Assembly: GCA_049512315.1 (NCBI GenBank)
Contig: JBEKXF010000009.1
Coordinates: 62,001 to 105,848, forward strand
Direction of reading: 5' to 3'
From: Candidatus Aminicenantales bacterium
GTDB taxonomy: Bacteria > Acidobacteriota > Aminicenantia > Aminicenantales > Saccharicenantaceae
Length of the DNA stretch: 43,848 nucleotides
The notes beneath the pieces are model-generated. The model saw nothing but the letters and a program-made list of their open reading frames with translations, did not search any database and had not been told where the DNA came from. The translations under genes and the position numbers were made by a program. Below are positions 16,821 to 25,635 of this stretch, piece by piece (the first letter of the stretch is position 1; each line of letters starts with the position of its first letter).

Positions 16821-18281
16821 TTATTCGTGGAAGACGATGGCCTCGAAGACGGAGATTTTGGCCCCTTTTTTCCAGGCATCGGCCGGGAGTCCGGCCTTAA
16901 GGCAGCCTTCCTCGAGAAACGTATTGCGGTCCCAGCCGTTCTCCACGGGGACCTGGGGCAAGAGCACGCCCTTTTGTCCGCCCCTCGAAATGACGATGCC
17001 GTGGCGGCCGACCTGGACGAGGTCGGGATCCGTGATCTCCTTGAGCGGCGTGAGGACGGAGATCTCGTATCCCAAATCCTTCGCCTCTTCGGCGTTGACC
17101 GGCGGGAACCGGGGATCCCTGGTCGCCGCATAGATGGCCGTCTCGATGACGGCCTGGGCGAGGGGTGCGACCGGTTCGATGTACCCGATGCAGCCCCGGA
17201 GTTCGCCGCGCTTCTTGAGGGTCACGAAGACGCCCCTCGGCGCGAGGAACTTCGGGTTCCCGGTCCGGTCGTCGATGACGGCCCGGCGCGACACGAATTC
17301 GGTGACAGCTGACCGGGCCAGCCCCAGGAGCTGGGCTTTGTCCTCGGCCGTGAGGGTGAATTCTGCTGGGGAGTTCTCCGGACCGGAGACAAGGGCCGCC
17401 GCGAGATACCCGACGACCCGGTCTTGCGGCCCCCCCGAATCGGAGGAGTCCGAATGTTTGAGGATATCGACCCGGACCGGGCCCGCTTTTTGCGCGTAGA
17501 GGAGGGCGGCGACCACGGGCCCGCCCCCGCACATGATGTTATCTCCGGCCTCGATCTTTCGGATGAGGGTATCGGTCTTGGCCGACCGGATGAGCGAAAT
17601 CGTGCCGGCATCCGTCGTGGCGGCCTCACTCTTGGACAGAAAGTGGGAGAGGTCCGTCGAGGCGACGACCAGGACGTTTTTCCCGGCGCAGGCTTTTTCC
17701 AGGGCCGAGGCCAAGGCCTGGATCGTCGGCTTGGTTTGATAGCCCATGACGATAGGAACGATCTTGGCGTCGGGGAGGACCTTCTGGATAAACGGGACTT
17801 GGACCTCAACCGAGTGCTCCTGGACCTCCGCCCCCGGGACGAAGTAGGCCTCGGGGACGAATGTGAAACCACCCGCCTTGCTGATCGCTTGGGCGAGGGC
17901 AGAGTCAATTCGGGCGGTGCCAAGCGGCGTCGCGAAGCCTTCCCCCGGATAGATGGAACATCCGTGGAACCCGAAGTGGTGGGAAGGGCCGATGATGACG
18001 ACCGTTTCATAAGGACTGCCCTGGACGAGGGCATAAGCATAAGCGGCGGTCTGGCCGGAATAGACATGGCCGGCATGGGGTACGATCAACGCCCGAATTT
18101 TCCCGGAGACGGGGGCCGCCAGCCTGGCGTTCGAGAGGAAGAGCTCGATTTGGGCGGCCAGCCGGGCCGGGTCCTTGTCGTAGAACTGGCCGGCCACGTA
18201 AGCCGGCTTGATCTTTTCCACCGCGCCCGCGACGAGCGGGGCGATCAGAAACGCCATTAACAGGGCAGGGATTGTTTTCAT
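16821..18281 (-). CDS. AmmeMemoRadiSam system protein B (Memo-like) fused to protein A (AMMECR1 domain), with N-terminal signal peptide
   Basis: VAGQFY, PHAGHVYSG, GPSH, EHSVEVQVPF, STDLSH, MCG; C-terminal GVFVTL...LRGCIG, EISVLTP, GVLLPQV. Confidence 0.9.
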   Translation of the reverse strand: MKTIPALLMAFLIAPLVAGAVEKIKPAYVAGQFYDKDPARLAAQIELFLSNARLAAPVSGKIRALIVPHAGHVYSGQTAAYAYALVQGSPYETVVIIGPSHHFGFHGCSIYPGEGFATPLGTARIDSALAQAISKAGGFTFVPEAYFVPGAEVQEHSVEVQVPFIQKVLPDAKIVPIVMGYQTKPTIQALASALEKACAGKNVLVVASTDLSHFLSKSEAATTDAGTISLIRSAKTDTLIRKIEAGDNIMCGGGPVVAALLYAQKAGPVRVDILKHSDSSDSGGPQDRVVGYLAAALVSGPENSPAEFTLTAEDKAQLLGLARSAVTEFVSRRAVIDDRTGNPKFLAPRGVFVTLKKRGELRGCIGYIEPVAPLAQAVIETAIYAATRDPRFPPVNAEEAKDLGYEISVLTPLKEITDPDLVQVGRHGIVISRGGQKGVLLPQVPVENGWDRNTFLEEGCLKAGLPADAWKKGAKISVFEAIVFHE

Positions 18282-18314
18282 GGCCGTCCTCGACTTTCGG
18301 AACCGTCTCTTTTC

Positions 18315-18372
18315 AATATAAGGATGTCGCCGTCAAAAAGCAAATTGACTTTTTTTGGGTTTTTGATATAAA
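18315..18372. promoter_or_regulatory. Back-to-back divergent sigma70 promoters
   Basis: Minus TTGCTT-N17-TATATT (18343-18315); plus TTGACT-N16-TATAAA with extended TG (18345-18372). Confidence 0.6.
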
Positions 18373-18390
18373 AGATAGAGGAAGGTTGAG

Positions 18391-18525
18391 ATGAAAGGCT
18401 TCTTCAAATTCCTGCTGGCGCTGCTGACGCTCGGCTCGGTTTTCTTCCTGGGGTTCTCCCTCGGCAAGGAGAAAGAAAAGGCCAAGATCCCGAAGTTCCA
18501 GGATGAGCCAGAAAGCAATGTTTGA
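18391..18525 (+). CDS. Small 44-aa single-TM protein (MKGFFKFLLALLTLGSVFFLGFSLGKEKEKAKIPKFQDEPESNV)
   Basis: Promoter and GAGGAAGG SD directly upstream; GC-rich third codon positions; absent from the ORF track because of its size. Confidence 0.7.
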   Translation: MKGFFKFLLALLTLGSVFFLGFSLGKEKEKAKIPKFQDEPESNV

Positions 18526-18573
18526 GGCTCTGGAACCGACGCTTCGTCCAGCATAAAGAAAAAGGATTCCGCC

Positions 18574-18879
18574 ATGAGCTGGGGAGCTTATGCCATCCTG
18601 GTCGTTTTCGGGGCTTTCGTCCTCCTCCTCATCCTCAACCCGAACATGTCGTGCTTCGGGAAGCGCATCCGATCGCCGTTCTACCCCCTGCGGCGGAAGA
18701 GGGAGATGAAGAAAGCGATCAAGGAAGACCTCAAGAAAAAGATGACGGACTACAAGTTCGACCTCGGCGAGGGGCCGGACCGAAAAACGGCCGCCCCGCC
18801 GAAGGCCGGGGCGGACATGGCCGCGGACAAGAAAGCGCCGGACAAGAAGACCGACGATTATGGCTTCCGCCTGGATTAG
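18574..18879 (+). CDS. Hypothetical N-terminally membrane-anchored protein
   Basis: N-terminal TM helix, Lys-rich tail, AAGGA SD, host-like codon usage. Confidence 0.7.
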   Translation: MSWGAYAILVVFGAFVLLLILNPNMSCFGKRIRSPFYPLRRKREMKKAIKEDLKKKMTDYKFDLGEGPDRKTAAPPKAGADMAADKKAPDKKTDDYGFRLD

Positions 18880-18927
18880 AGGCCGCGACGCCGCCGTGAT
18901 CCCCCGCCGCCCGAACCGCGCACGCCC

Positions 18928-19641
18928 TTGAAAGACCGTCCAGAAGCCGGTTCCCCTGCACGGGGTCTTGCAGCCGGCGCTCTCTTCATCGCTCTCGCCC
19001 TGGCTTCGTGCGCGAAGCGCCCCCCCGTTCTGATCCCTCCGGCGACGGGCGTCGAGGCCGTCGCGGGCTTCGGCTCGGCCTCCTTCCGGGGCGAGGAAGC
19101 GGAGGTCAAGGGGAAGTTCGCCTTTCTCTTCCGTAAGCCAGGGTGGGGCCGGGTCGAAGCCTTCGACCCTCTCGGGCGGACGATCTATTATATGATCTTT
19201 GCGGGCGATGACGCCTATCTCGTCATCCCCCGGAAAAAGGTCTATGCCCAGGACCGGCCCGAGGCGATGATCGGCCGGTTCCTCGGTTTTTCCCTCAGGC
19301 CCGACGAGATCCTCGAGATCCTCGGCGGCCAGTGGGCCGGGGGCGGGGTTCAGAGAGAGCCCGGGCCCGGGAGCCTCTGGACGCTCGCCCGGGACGGGAG
19401 CGGCCGGGTCGTCCGGGGGGGGAAGGACGGCCTGGTGTTCGAGGTCCGCGAATTCTTCCCGGGCGCAGGGGTTCCCAGGGCGATCCTCTTCTCCCGCCCG
19501 GGGACATCCGGCCGGATGAAAGTCCTTTCCCTGCAGTTCAACCCGCCGCCGCGGCCTGAGGCTTTCGAAACGTCCTTCCTCAAGACGTTCACCCGGAGAT
19601 CCTGGGAGGAGATCCAGGAGATCGTGAGAGATGAAAGTTAG
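18928..19641 (+). CDS. Putative lipoprotein, LolB-like by position and beta-rich composition
   Basis: Lipobox LASC; directly upstream of and overlapping ispE as in lolB-ispE clusters; start uncertain. Confidence 0.6.
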   Translation: MKDRPEAGSPARGLAAGALFIALALASCAKRPPVLIPPATGVEAVAGFGSASFRGEEAEVKGKFAFLFRKPGWGRVEAFDPLGRTIYYMIFAGDDAYLVIPRKKVYAQDRPEAMIGRFLGFSLRPDEILEILGGQWAGGGVQREPGPGSLWTLARDGSGRVVRGGKDGLVFEVREFFPGAGVPRAILFSRPGTSGRMKVLSLQFNPPPRPEAFETSFLKTFTRRSWEEIQEIVRDES

Positions 19642-20497
19642 GTCCTTCGCCAAGATCAACCTCGGCCTGGAGATCGTCCGGAAGAGGCCCGACGGGTACC
19701 ACGATATCCGGACACTTTTCCAGTCGATCGACCTCGCCGACACGATCGAGCTGGAGCCCACCGCGGACGGGTCGATCCGGCTCGAGGGCGACGAGCCTAT
19801 GGTGGCTTGGGACGCGACGAACCTCGTCTACCGGGCGGCCCGGCTGCTCCGGGAGCGGACCGGGAGCCCGGCCGGCGTGCGCATCCGGGTGGCCAAGGTC
19901 ATCCCCCCCGGGAAGGGACTCGGCGGCGGGAGCTCCAACGCCGCCGTCACCCTGCACGCCCTAAACATGCTGTGGTCCCTCGGGCTCGGGGCCGAAACCC
20001 TGGCCGAACTGGCCCTCCTCCTCGGATCCGACGTCCCTTATTTCCTCCAGGGCGGGCTCTGCCTCGGGGAGTCCAGGGGCGAGGCCCTGAAGCGGCTGGC
20101 CGATCTCCCGCCCCTCCCCTGCGTTCTCGTCTTTCCGCCCTACCCGATCCTGACGGCCGGGATCTACGCCGGCGTCGGGCCGTCCTTGACTTCAGCCGCC
20201 AAAGACAGTAGAATTATGCGTTTTCTGGATACCGGGGACTTTGGTCTCTTGGAAAACGACCTGGAACTCGTCATATTCCGGCGATATCCCGAGCTTGAGG
20301 CGTTCAAGAGGTTTTTCCGGGACCATGGCGCGGCCCTGTCCCTGGTGACCGGCTCGGGCTCGGCGGTTTTCGGGCTCTTCACCGACAGGGACCAGGCCCG
20401 GAAGGCCTTCGACCAGCTCCGTGGCAAGTCTGAGGCCCGTCTCGCGGAAACCCTGCCGCGGGAGGGCTATTGGACGCAAGTCGGTGCTGGGGCGTAG
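19631..20497 (+). CDS. ispE: 4-diphosphocytidyl-2-C-methyl-D-erythritol kinase
   Basis: AKINLGL, GYHDI, IPPGKGLGGGSSNAA, LGSDVP, TGSGSAVF. Confidence 0.96.
   Translation: MKVRSFAKINLGLEIVRKRPDGYHDIRTLFQSIDLADTIELEPTADGSIRLEGDEPMVAWDATNLVYRAARLLRERTGSPAGVRIRVAKVIPPGKGLGGGSSNAAVTLHALNMLWSLGLGAETLAELALLLGSDVPYFLQGGLCLGESRGEALKRLADLPPLPCVLVFPPYPILTAGIYAGVGPSLTSAAKDSRIMRFLDTGDFGLLENDLELVIFRRYPELEAFKRFFRDHGAALSLVTGSGSAVFGLFTDRDQARKAFDQLRGKSEARLAETLPREGYWTQVGAGA
20186..20214 (+). promoter_or_regulatory. Internal sigma70 promoter within ispE, likely driving tRNA-Gln-prs-rplY-pth
   Basis: TTGACT-N17-TAGAAT in a locally AT-rich patch of the CDS. Confidence 0.7.
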
Positions 20498-20559
20498 CCA
20501 AGCGGTAAGGCAACGGACTTTGGCTCCGTCATTCGGAGGTTCGAATCCTCCCGCCCCAG
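20488..20559 (+). tRNA. tRNA-Gln(TTG), CCA not encoded
   Basis: Acceptor TGGGGCG/CGCCCCA, D-arm TAGCCAAGCGGTAAGGC, anticodon arm ACGGA-CTTTGGC-TCCGT, T-arm GGAGG-TTCGAAT-CCTCC; U1-A72 pair. Confidence 0.96.
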
Positions 20560-20592
20560 CTCTGGTGATATAGGAAGGACGAGGTAGGAACG

Positions 20593-21522
20593 ATGAAAGT
20601 ATTCTCAGGCTCTTCAAACACGGCCCTGGCCAAGGAGATCGTCAAGTACCTGCAGATCGACCTCGGCCGGTCGGTCCTGGACCGGTTCAACGACGGGGAG
20701 ATCCACTTCTACATCGAGGAAAATGTCCGCGGCGAGGACATTTTCGTCATCCAGTCCGGATGCCCCGACGCGAATTTCCACCTCATGGAGCTCTTCGTCA
20801 TGATCGACGCCTTCAAGCGGGCCTCGGCCGGTCGGATCACGGCCGTCATCCCTTATTTCGCCTACGCCCGTCAGGACTGGAAGGACAGACCCAGGGTCCC
20901 GATCTCGGCCCGGCTCGTCGCCGACCTGATCGAAACGGCCGGCGCCAACCGCGTCCTGGCGATGGACCTCCATTCGCCCCAGATCCAGGGCTTCTTCTCC
21001 GTCCCCGTCGACAACCTCCAGGCTGCCCCGGTGCTGGCGAACCACATCCGGACGATGAAGCTGGACGACCTGACCATCGTCTCCCCGGACGCCGGCGGCG
21101 TGGGGCGGGCCCGGGTCTTCGCCAAGAGACTCGACGCGAAGCTGGCCATCATCGACAAACGGCGGCCCTCCCCCAACGTGGCCCAGGTCCTTCATGTCAT
21201 CGGCGAGGTCCGGAACCAGAACGTCGTGATCTTCGACGACATGGTGGACACGGGCGGAACGCTGACCCTGAGCGTCGGCGCCCTGACCCGGAAAGGGGCC
21301 AAGAGGGTCTTTGCCGCCTGCACCCACCCGGTCCTCTCGGGACCGGCCCTGGACCGCATTGAGAAATCCAAGCTGGAACGGGTCTTCGTGACCAACACCA
21401 TCCCATTAACGGAAAAAGCGAACGCCTCCGGGATGTTCACCATCCTTTCCGTGGCCGAGCTGTTCGGTGAAGCCATCCGGAGGATCAACGAGGGAAGCTC
21501 GGTCAGCTCCCTGTTCGCCTGA
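20593..21522 (+). CDS. prs: Ribose-phosphate pyrophosphokinase
   Basis: FNDGEI, PYFAYARQD, VSPDAGGVGRA, DDMVDTGGTL. Confidence 0.98.
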   Translation: MKVFSGSSNTALAKEIVKYLQIDLGRSVLDRFNDGEIHFYIEENVRGEDIFVIQSGCPDANFHLMELFVMIDAFKRASAGRITAVIPYFAYARQDWKDRPRVPISARLVADLIETAGANRVLAMDLHSPQIQGFFSVPVDNLQAAPVLANHIRTMKLDDLTIVSPDAGGVGRARVFAKRLDAKLAIIDKRRPSPNVAQVLHVIGEVRNQNVVIFDDMVDTGGTLTLSVGALTRKGAKRVFAACTHPVLSGPALDRIEKSKLERVFVTNTIPLTEKANASGMFTILSVAELFGEAIRRINEGSSVSSLFA

Positions 21523-21532
21523 GGAGGAACAC

Positions 21533-22261
21533 GTGAGCATCGTTGTCAAGAGCGAAAAACGCGAGGGTCTCGGCAAGAACGCCGCGCGGCGCCTGAGGGT
21601 GCAGGGGTTCATCCCCGCCGTCTTCTACGGCGAGGGCATGGAGAGCGTCCCCCTCGTCCTGAAAAAGAAGGACATCATCCGGATCATGAAGCTCGAGTCG
21701 CGGGAGAACACGATCTTCAAGGTGGCCTACGATTCCGAAGAGTTCGACGCCATGATCAAGGAGCTTCAGGCCGATCCCACCACGGATGAGCTCATCCACG
21801 CGGACCTCATCCGGATCAACCTGGAAAAGCCGATCCGGGTCACGATCCCCATCGTCCACAGCGGCGAGCCCATCGGTGTCAAAACCGAGGGCGGCTTCGT
21901 CGACTTCGTCACCCGCGAAGTCGAGATCGAATGCTTGCCCCGGGCGATCCCCGAGAGTATCGCCATCGAGATCTCCGACCTTCATATCCATCAGTCTTTC
22001 AAGGTGGAGAACATGACGGCCCCGGCCGGCGTCCAGGTCATCACCGACCCCGGAACCGTCCTCGTCCTGATCTCCCTGCCGCACAAGGAGGAGGAGGTCT
22101 TCCCCGGCGAGAAGCCCGAAGAGGCCGTAGTCGAAGAAGGGCAGGAGCCCGAGGTCATCAAGAAGGAGCGGGCGCCCAAGGAGGAGGAGGGGGAAGAGGG
22201 GAAGAAGGAAGAGAAGAAGAAGGAAAAGGAAGAAAAGAAGAAGGAAAAGAAGGAGAAGTAA
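21533..22261 (+). CDS. rplY: 50S ribosomal protein L25/Ctc (long form) with Lys/Glu-rich tail
   Basis: GKNAARRLR...IPAVFYG, IHADL; GAGGAGG SD before GTG. Confidence 0.95.
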   Translation: MSIVVKSEKREGLGKNAARRLRVQGFIPAVFYGEGMESVPLVLKKKDIIRIMKLESRENTIFKVAYDSEEFDAMIKELQADPTTDELIHADLIRINLEKPIRVTIPIVHSGEPIGVKTEGGFVDFVTREVEIECLPRAIPESIAIEISDLHIHQSFKVENMTAPAGVQVITDPGTVLVLISLPHKEEEVFPGEKPEEAVVEEGQEPEVIKKERAPKEEEGEEGKKEEKKKEKEEKKKEKKEK

Positions 22262-22264
22262 GGC

Positions 22265-22840
22265 TTGTGGCTCGTCGTGGGGCTGGGAAATCCCGGCGAG
22301 GAATACGCGGCCACGCGTCACAATGTCGGCTTTCTGCTCGTCCGCCGCGTGGCCCGCTCCCGCGGCGTGGAGCTTCGGGGCCGGGCTTTCAAGGCCCGGA
22401 CGGCCGTCGTCCAGGGCGGGGATGAGGACGTCCTGCTCGCTCTGCCGCAGACCTTCATGAACAGGAGCGGGGTCTCGGTCCGGGAGATCCTGGCGGGCCG
22501 TGATATCTCGGCCGGCCGGCTGGTCGTCGCCTACGACGACCTCGACATCCGTCTGGGCGAGATCCGGGTCCGGGCCAAGGGAAGCCCGGGGACGCACAAG
22601 GGCATGAAGTCGATCGTGGAAGAGATCCGGACCCGGGAGTTCCCGAGGATCCGGATCGGAATCGGCCCCCTCCCGGAGGGCCGGGACGCGGCCGCCTACG
22701 TCCTCTCGCCCTTCGGCCGCGACGAGCGGCCGCTCCTCGAGAACAGCCTGGACGAGGCCGAGGCGGCCCTGGACCTCATCCTGGCCGGCGGGACGGACAA
22801 GGCCATGGCCCGGTTCAACCGCCGCAACCCGGCGGCCTAG
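22265..22840 (+). CDS. pth: Peptidyl-tRNA hydrolase
   Basis: LVVGLGNPG, TRHNVGF, PQTFMNRSG, DDLD, RIRIGIG. Confidence 0.96.
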   Translation: MWLVVGLGNPGEEYAATRHNVGFLLVRRVARSRGVELRGRAFKARTAVVQGGDEDVLLALPQTFMNRSGVSVREILAGRDISAGRLVVAYDDLDIRLGEIRVRAKGSPGTHKGMKSIVEEIRTREFPRIRIGIGPLPEGRDAAAYVLSPFGRDERPLLENSLDEAEAALDLILAGGTDKAMARFNRRNPAA

Positions 22841-22886
22841 CGGACCGGCGCGCCGGTCCGCATCCGGCGGCGGGCGCGAGCCGGAT
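22840..22886. repeat. Perfect 22-bp palindrome plus second hairpin after pth
   Basis: GCGGACCGGCGCGCCGGTCCGC (22840-22861); ATCCGGC...GCCGGAT (22862-22886); no U-tract. Confidence 0.6.
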
Positions 22887-22926
22887 CCGGGATTCCTTCC
22901 TGTCCGGACGGAAGCAAGAATAGGTT

Positions 22927-22954
22927 TTGACATTTCGGCCGGATCGTTTACAAT
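22927..22954 (+). promoter_or_regulatory. Sigma70 promoter of the rpsF operon
   Basis: TTGACA-N16-TACAAT. Confidence 0.8.
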
Positions 22955-22964
22955 AGAAGCCGCT

Positions 22965-23011
22965 CTCCTTGTTCCTTCCTTTAGAGAAGGAGCTATATCA
23001 TCCAAAAGGAG
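22965..23011 (+). promoter_or_regulatory. S6:S18-binding rpsF leader RNA
   Basis: CTCCTT pairs with the SD AAGGAG; inner stem GTTCCTTC/GAAGGAGC; unpaired CCA (CCR motif) just before the SD. Confidence 0.7.
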
Positions 23012-23017
23012 CTCTGT

Positions 23018-23425
23018 ATGAGACAGTACGAAACGGGGTTCGTTCTCTCCCCCGCCCTTTCCGAAGAAGAGACTACGCAGTTCATCCAGCAGATGGCCGC
23101 GATCGTCGCCCAGAAAAAGGGCCGGATGGTCAAGCAGGATGTCTGGGGGAAGCGGAGGCTGGCGTACATCATCAAGAAATTCAACGAAGGGGTCTACGTC
23201 TTTTTCACCTACGAAGGCCCGGGGGACATCTCGACCGAGATGGAGCGCCGGTTCAAGCAGACCGACGTCGTCATCCGCTTCCTGACGGTCAAGAAAGACC
23301 TGCGGGACCAGGCCCGCAAAAAGAGGAAAAAATCCGCCGAGGAGGCTCCCCGCGCCCCCGAGGCCGGCCCCGAAGCCGTCGCAACGGCCCCGGCCGTGAC
23401 GCCCGGGGGACAAGAGGAGAAGTGA
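23018..23425 (+). CDS. rpsF: 30S ribosomal protein S6
   Basis: [30 protein letters not shown]. Confidence 0.97.
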   Translation: MRQYETGFVLSPALSEEETTQFIQQMAAIVAQKKGRMVKQDVWGKRRLAYIIKKFNEGVYVFFTYEGPGDISTEMERRFKQTDVVIRFLTVKKDLRDQARKKRKKSAEEAPRAPEAGPEAVATAPAVTPGGQEEK

Positions 23426-23426
23426 G

Positions 23427-23702
23427 ATGGCAAGAGAAGACAGGCCCGACAGGCCCGAACGAAGCGAGCGCGGACCGTACCGGAAGTATTTCGCCCCCAA
23501 GAAAAAGTTCTGCCGTTTCTGCCAGCGGAACGTCCGCGGTATCGACTACAAGGCCGTGGAGATCCTGAAGAAATACATCCCCGATCGCGGCAAGATCTCC
23601 CCCCGGCGCATCACCGGCACGTGCGCCTTCCACCAGAGGAAGCTGTCCCTGGCGATCAAGCGGGCCCGGCTCATGGCGTTGCTCCCCTACGTCGAGGATT
23701 GA
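23427..23702 (+). CDS. rpsR: 30S ribosomal protein S18
   Basis: [31 protein letters not shown]. Confidence 0.97.
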   Translation: MAREDRPDRPERSERGPYRKYFAPKKKFCRFCQRNVRGIDYKAVEILKKYIPDRGKISPRRITGTCAFHQRKLSLAIKRARLMALLPYVED

Positions 23703-23726
23703 CGTGGGCCGGATGCGGGAGGCAAC

Positions 23727-24212
23727 ATGAAGGTCATTCTGAAAAACGACGTGGAGAAGCTGGGCCGGAAGGGCGACATCGTCAACGTCGCCCCGGGCTT
23801 CGGGCGCAACTACCTCATCCCGAGGAAGCTGGCCATCGCGGTCACGGCGAGCAACCTCAAGATGATCGAGATCGAGCGCCAGGCGCTGAAGAAAAAAGTC
23901 GAGCAGGAGCGCCAGTCATTCCAGGGCGTCATCCAGAAGCTGAATGAGGTCACCCTGACCTTCCCCCGGCGCGCCGGCGAGAAGGATGTCATCTTCGGGT
24001 CCGTGTCCGCGGCCGACGTCAAGGAGGCCCTGGACAAGCTGGGGTTCGAGGTCGACAAGAAGAAGATCCATCTGGACGAGCCGATCAAGCGGCTCGGCCA
24101 TTTCACGGTCCCGGTCAAGATCTTCCACGAGGACAAGGCCGAAGTGAAGGTCATCGTGGTCAAAGAAGAGGCCGGGGAAGACGAGACGGCGAAGGCCGGA
24201 GAGAAAGCCTGA
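23727..24212 (+). CDS. rplI: 50S ribosomal protein L9
   Basis: MKVILKNDVEKLGRKGDIVNVAPGFGRNYLIP, IFGSV. Confidence 0.97.
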   Translation: MKVILKNDVEKLGRKGDIVNVAPGFGRNYLIPRKLAIAVTASNLKMIEIERQALKKKVEQERQSFQGVIQKLNEVTLTFPRRAGEKDVIFGSVSAADVKEALDKLGFEVDKKKIHLDEPIKRLGHFTVPVKIFHEDKAEVKVIVVKEEAGEDETAKAGEKA

Positions 24213-24276
24213 GGCCGGGTCGGCCGGCGCGAAGGCCGGACCTCCCCGGCGGGGGCCTGAGCGAGCGGAGGTGGCC

Positions 24277-25632
24277 ATGGAACTCGACCTGATGTTCCTG
24301 AAAAAGACGCCGCCCCACAGCCTGGAGGCCGAGCGGACGGTTCTCGGGGGGATCCTTGTCCAGAAGCAAAACCTGAACGTCACCCTGTCCATCATCTCAC
24401 CCGAGGATTTCTACAAAGACGCCCACCGGAAGCTCATCGAGCGGATCATCGTCCTTGTGGACAAGGGACTTCCGGTCGATCTCCTCTCCCTGGTCGAGGA
24501 GGTCCAGAAGGTCGGGATGCTCGAGGACGTCGGCGGGGCGGCCTACATCTCCGGCCTCCTCGACGGCGTCCCCAAGAGCCTGAACATCGAGTACTACGCC
24601 CAGATCATCAAGGAGAAGGCCCTCCTCCGGCGCCTCATCGCCTCGTCGGCCAAGATCATCTCCGACAGTTACGAGCAGAAAGAGGACGCCGACGAGCTGC
24701 TCAACGCGGCCCAGGCGGCCATCGTCGAGGTCGCGGAACAGCGCCTCAAGCCCGGGTTCCAGTCCATGGCCCATCTCATGGGCCCGACCCTGGACATGAT
24801 CCAGACCATGGTCGACCGTAAGGAGGCCGTCACCGGCGTCCCCACGGGCTTCCGCGAACTCGACAACCTGACGGCGGGCTTCCATCCGTCGGAGCTCGTC
24901 ATCCTCGCGGCCCGGCCCTCCATGGGCAAGACCGCGCTCGCCCTGAACATCTCCCACCATGTCGGGCTCCGGACGGACAAGGCCGTCGGGTTCTTCTCCA
25001 TGGAGATGGCCAAGGAGCAGATCGTCATCCGGCTCCTGTGCGCCGAATCCCAGCTCGACATCAAGAGGGCCCGGACCGGGTTCATCAGCGACCGGGAGTT
25101 CGAGAAGCTGAAGCTCGCCGGAGAGGCCCTCTCGCGGGCCCGGATCTTCATCGACGAGTCGGCGTCCCTCACCGTCATGGAAATGAAGGCCAAGTGCCGG
25201 CGCCTCAAGATGGAGCAGCGGCTGGACATCGTCTTCGTCGACTACATCCAGCTCATGCGGACCGGCGGCCGGTTCGAGAACAGGAACCAGGAGATGTCGT
25301 TTGTCTCCCGCTCCCTCAAAGAGTTGGCCAAGGAGCTCCAGATCCCGGTCGTCGGCATTTCGCAGCTCAGCCGCGCGCCCGAGAAGGGGCGCCGCGAGCC
25401 CAAGCCCCAGCTCTCTGACCTCCGCGAGTCCGGGGCCCTCGAGCAGGACGCCGACGTCGTGATCTTCATCTACCGGCCCGAGTTCTATCACCCCGACGAC
25501 GACAGCCTCAAGGGAGTCGCCGAGGTCAGCATCGCCAAGCAGAGGAACGGCCCCATCGGCATCCTCCCGCTCGCCTTCATCCGGGAGTACGCCCGGTTCG
25601 CCGACATGGAGCGCTTCACTCCGGAATATTGA
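24277..25632 (+). CDS. dnaB: Replicative DNA helicase
   Basis: PPHSLEAE, AARPSMGKT, VDYIQLM, SQLSR, LSDLRESGALEQDAD, KQRNGP; GGAGGT SD. Confidence 0.98.
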   Translation: MELDLMFLKKTPPHSLEAERTVLGGILVQKQNLNVTLSIISPEDFYKDAHRKLIERIIVLVDKGLPVDLLSLVEEVQKVGMLEDVGGAAYISGLLDGVPKSLNIEYYAQIIKEKALLRRLIASSAKIISDSYEQKEDADELLNAAQAAIVEVAEQRLKPGFQSMAHLMGPTLDMIQTMVDRKEAVTGVPTGFRELDNLTAGFHPSELVILAARPSMGKTALALNISHHVGLRTDKAVGFFSMEMAKEQIVIRLLCAESQLDIKRARTGFISDREFEKLKLAGEALSRARIFIDESASLTVMEMKAKCRRLKMEQRLDIVFVDYIQLMRTGGRFENRNQEMSFVSRSLKELAKELQIPVVGISQLSRAPEKGRREPKPQLSDLRESGALEQDADVVIFIYRPEFYHPDDDSLKGVAEVSIAKQRNGPIGILPLAFIREYARFADMERFTPEY

Positions 25633-25635
25633 CCC

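Noticed and set aside
18532..18550. GGAACC...CGTC as a fourth ECF promoter
   Set aside because: Spacing is only 7 nt
22170..22261. Purine-rich repetitive tract
   Set aside because: Explained by the Lys/Glu low-complexity tail of L25; not a repeat array
21503..23500. 665-aa minus-strand ORF, and similar long antisense ORFs (e.g. 1263-2849, 6592-7959, 37018-38676)
   Set aside because: Shadow frames of GC3-rich sense genes; no recognisable motifs or expression signals
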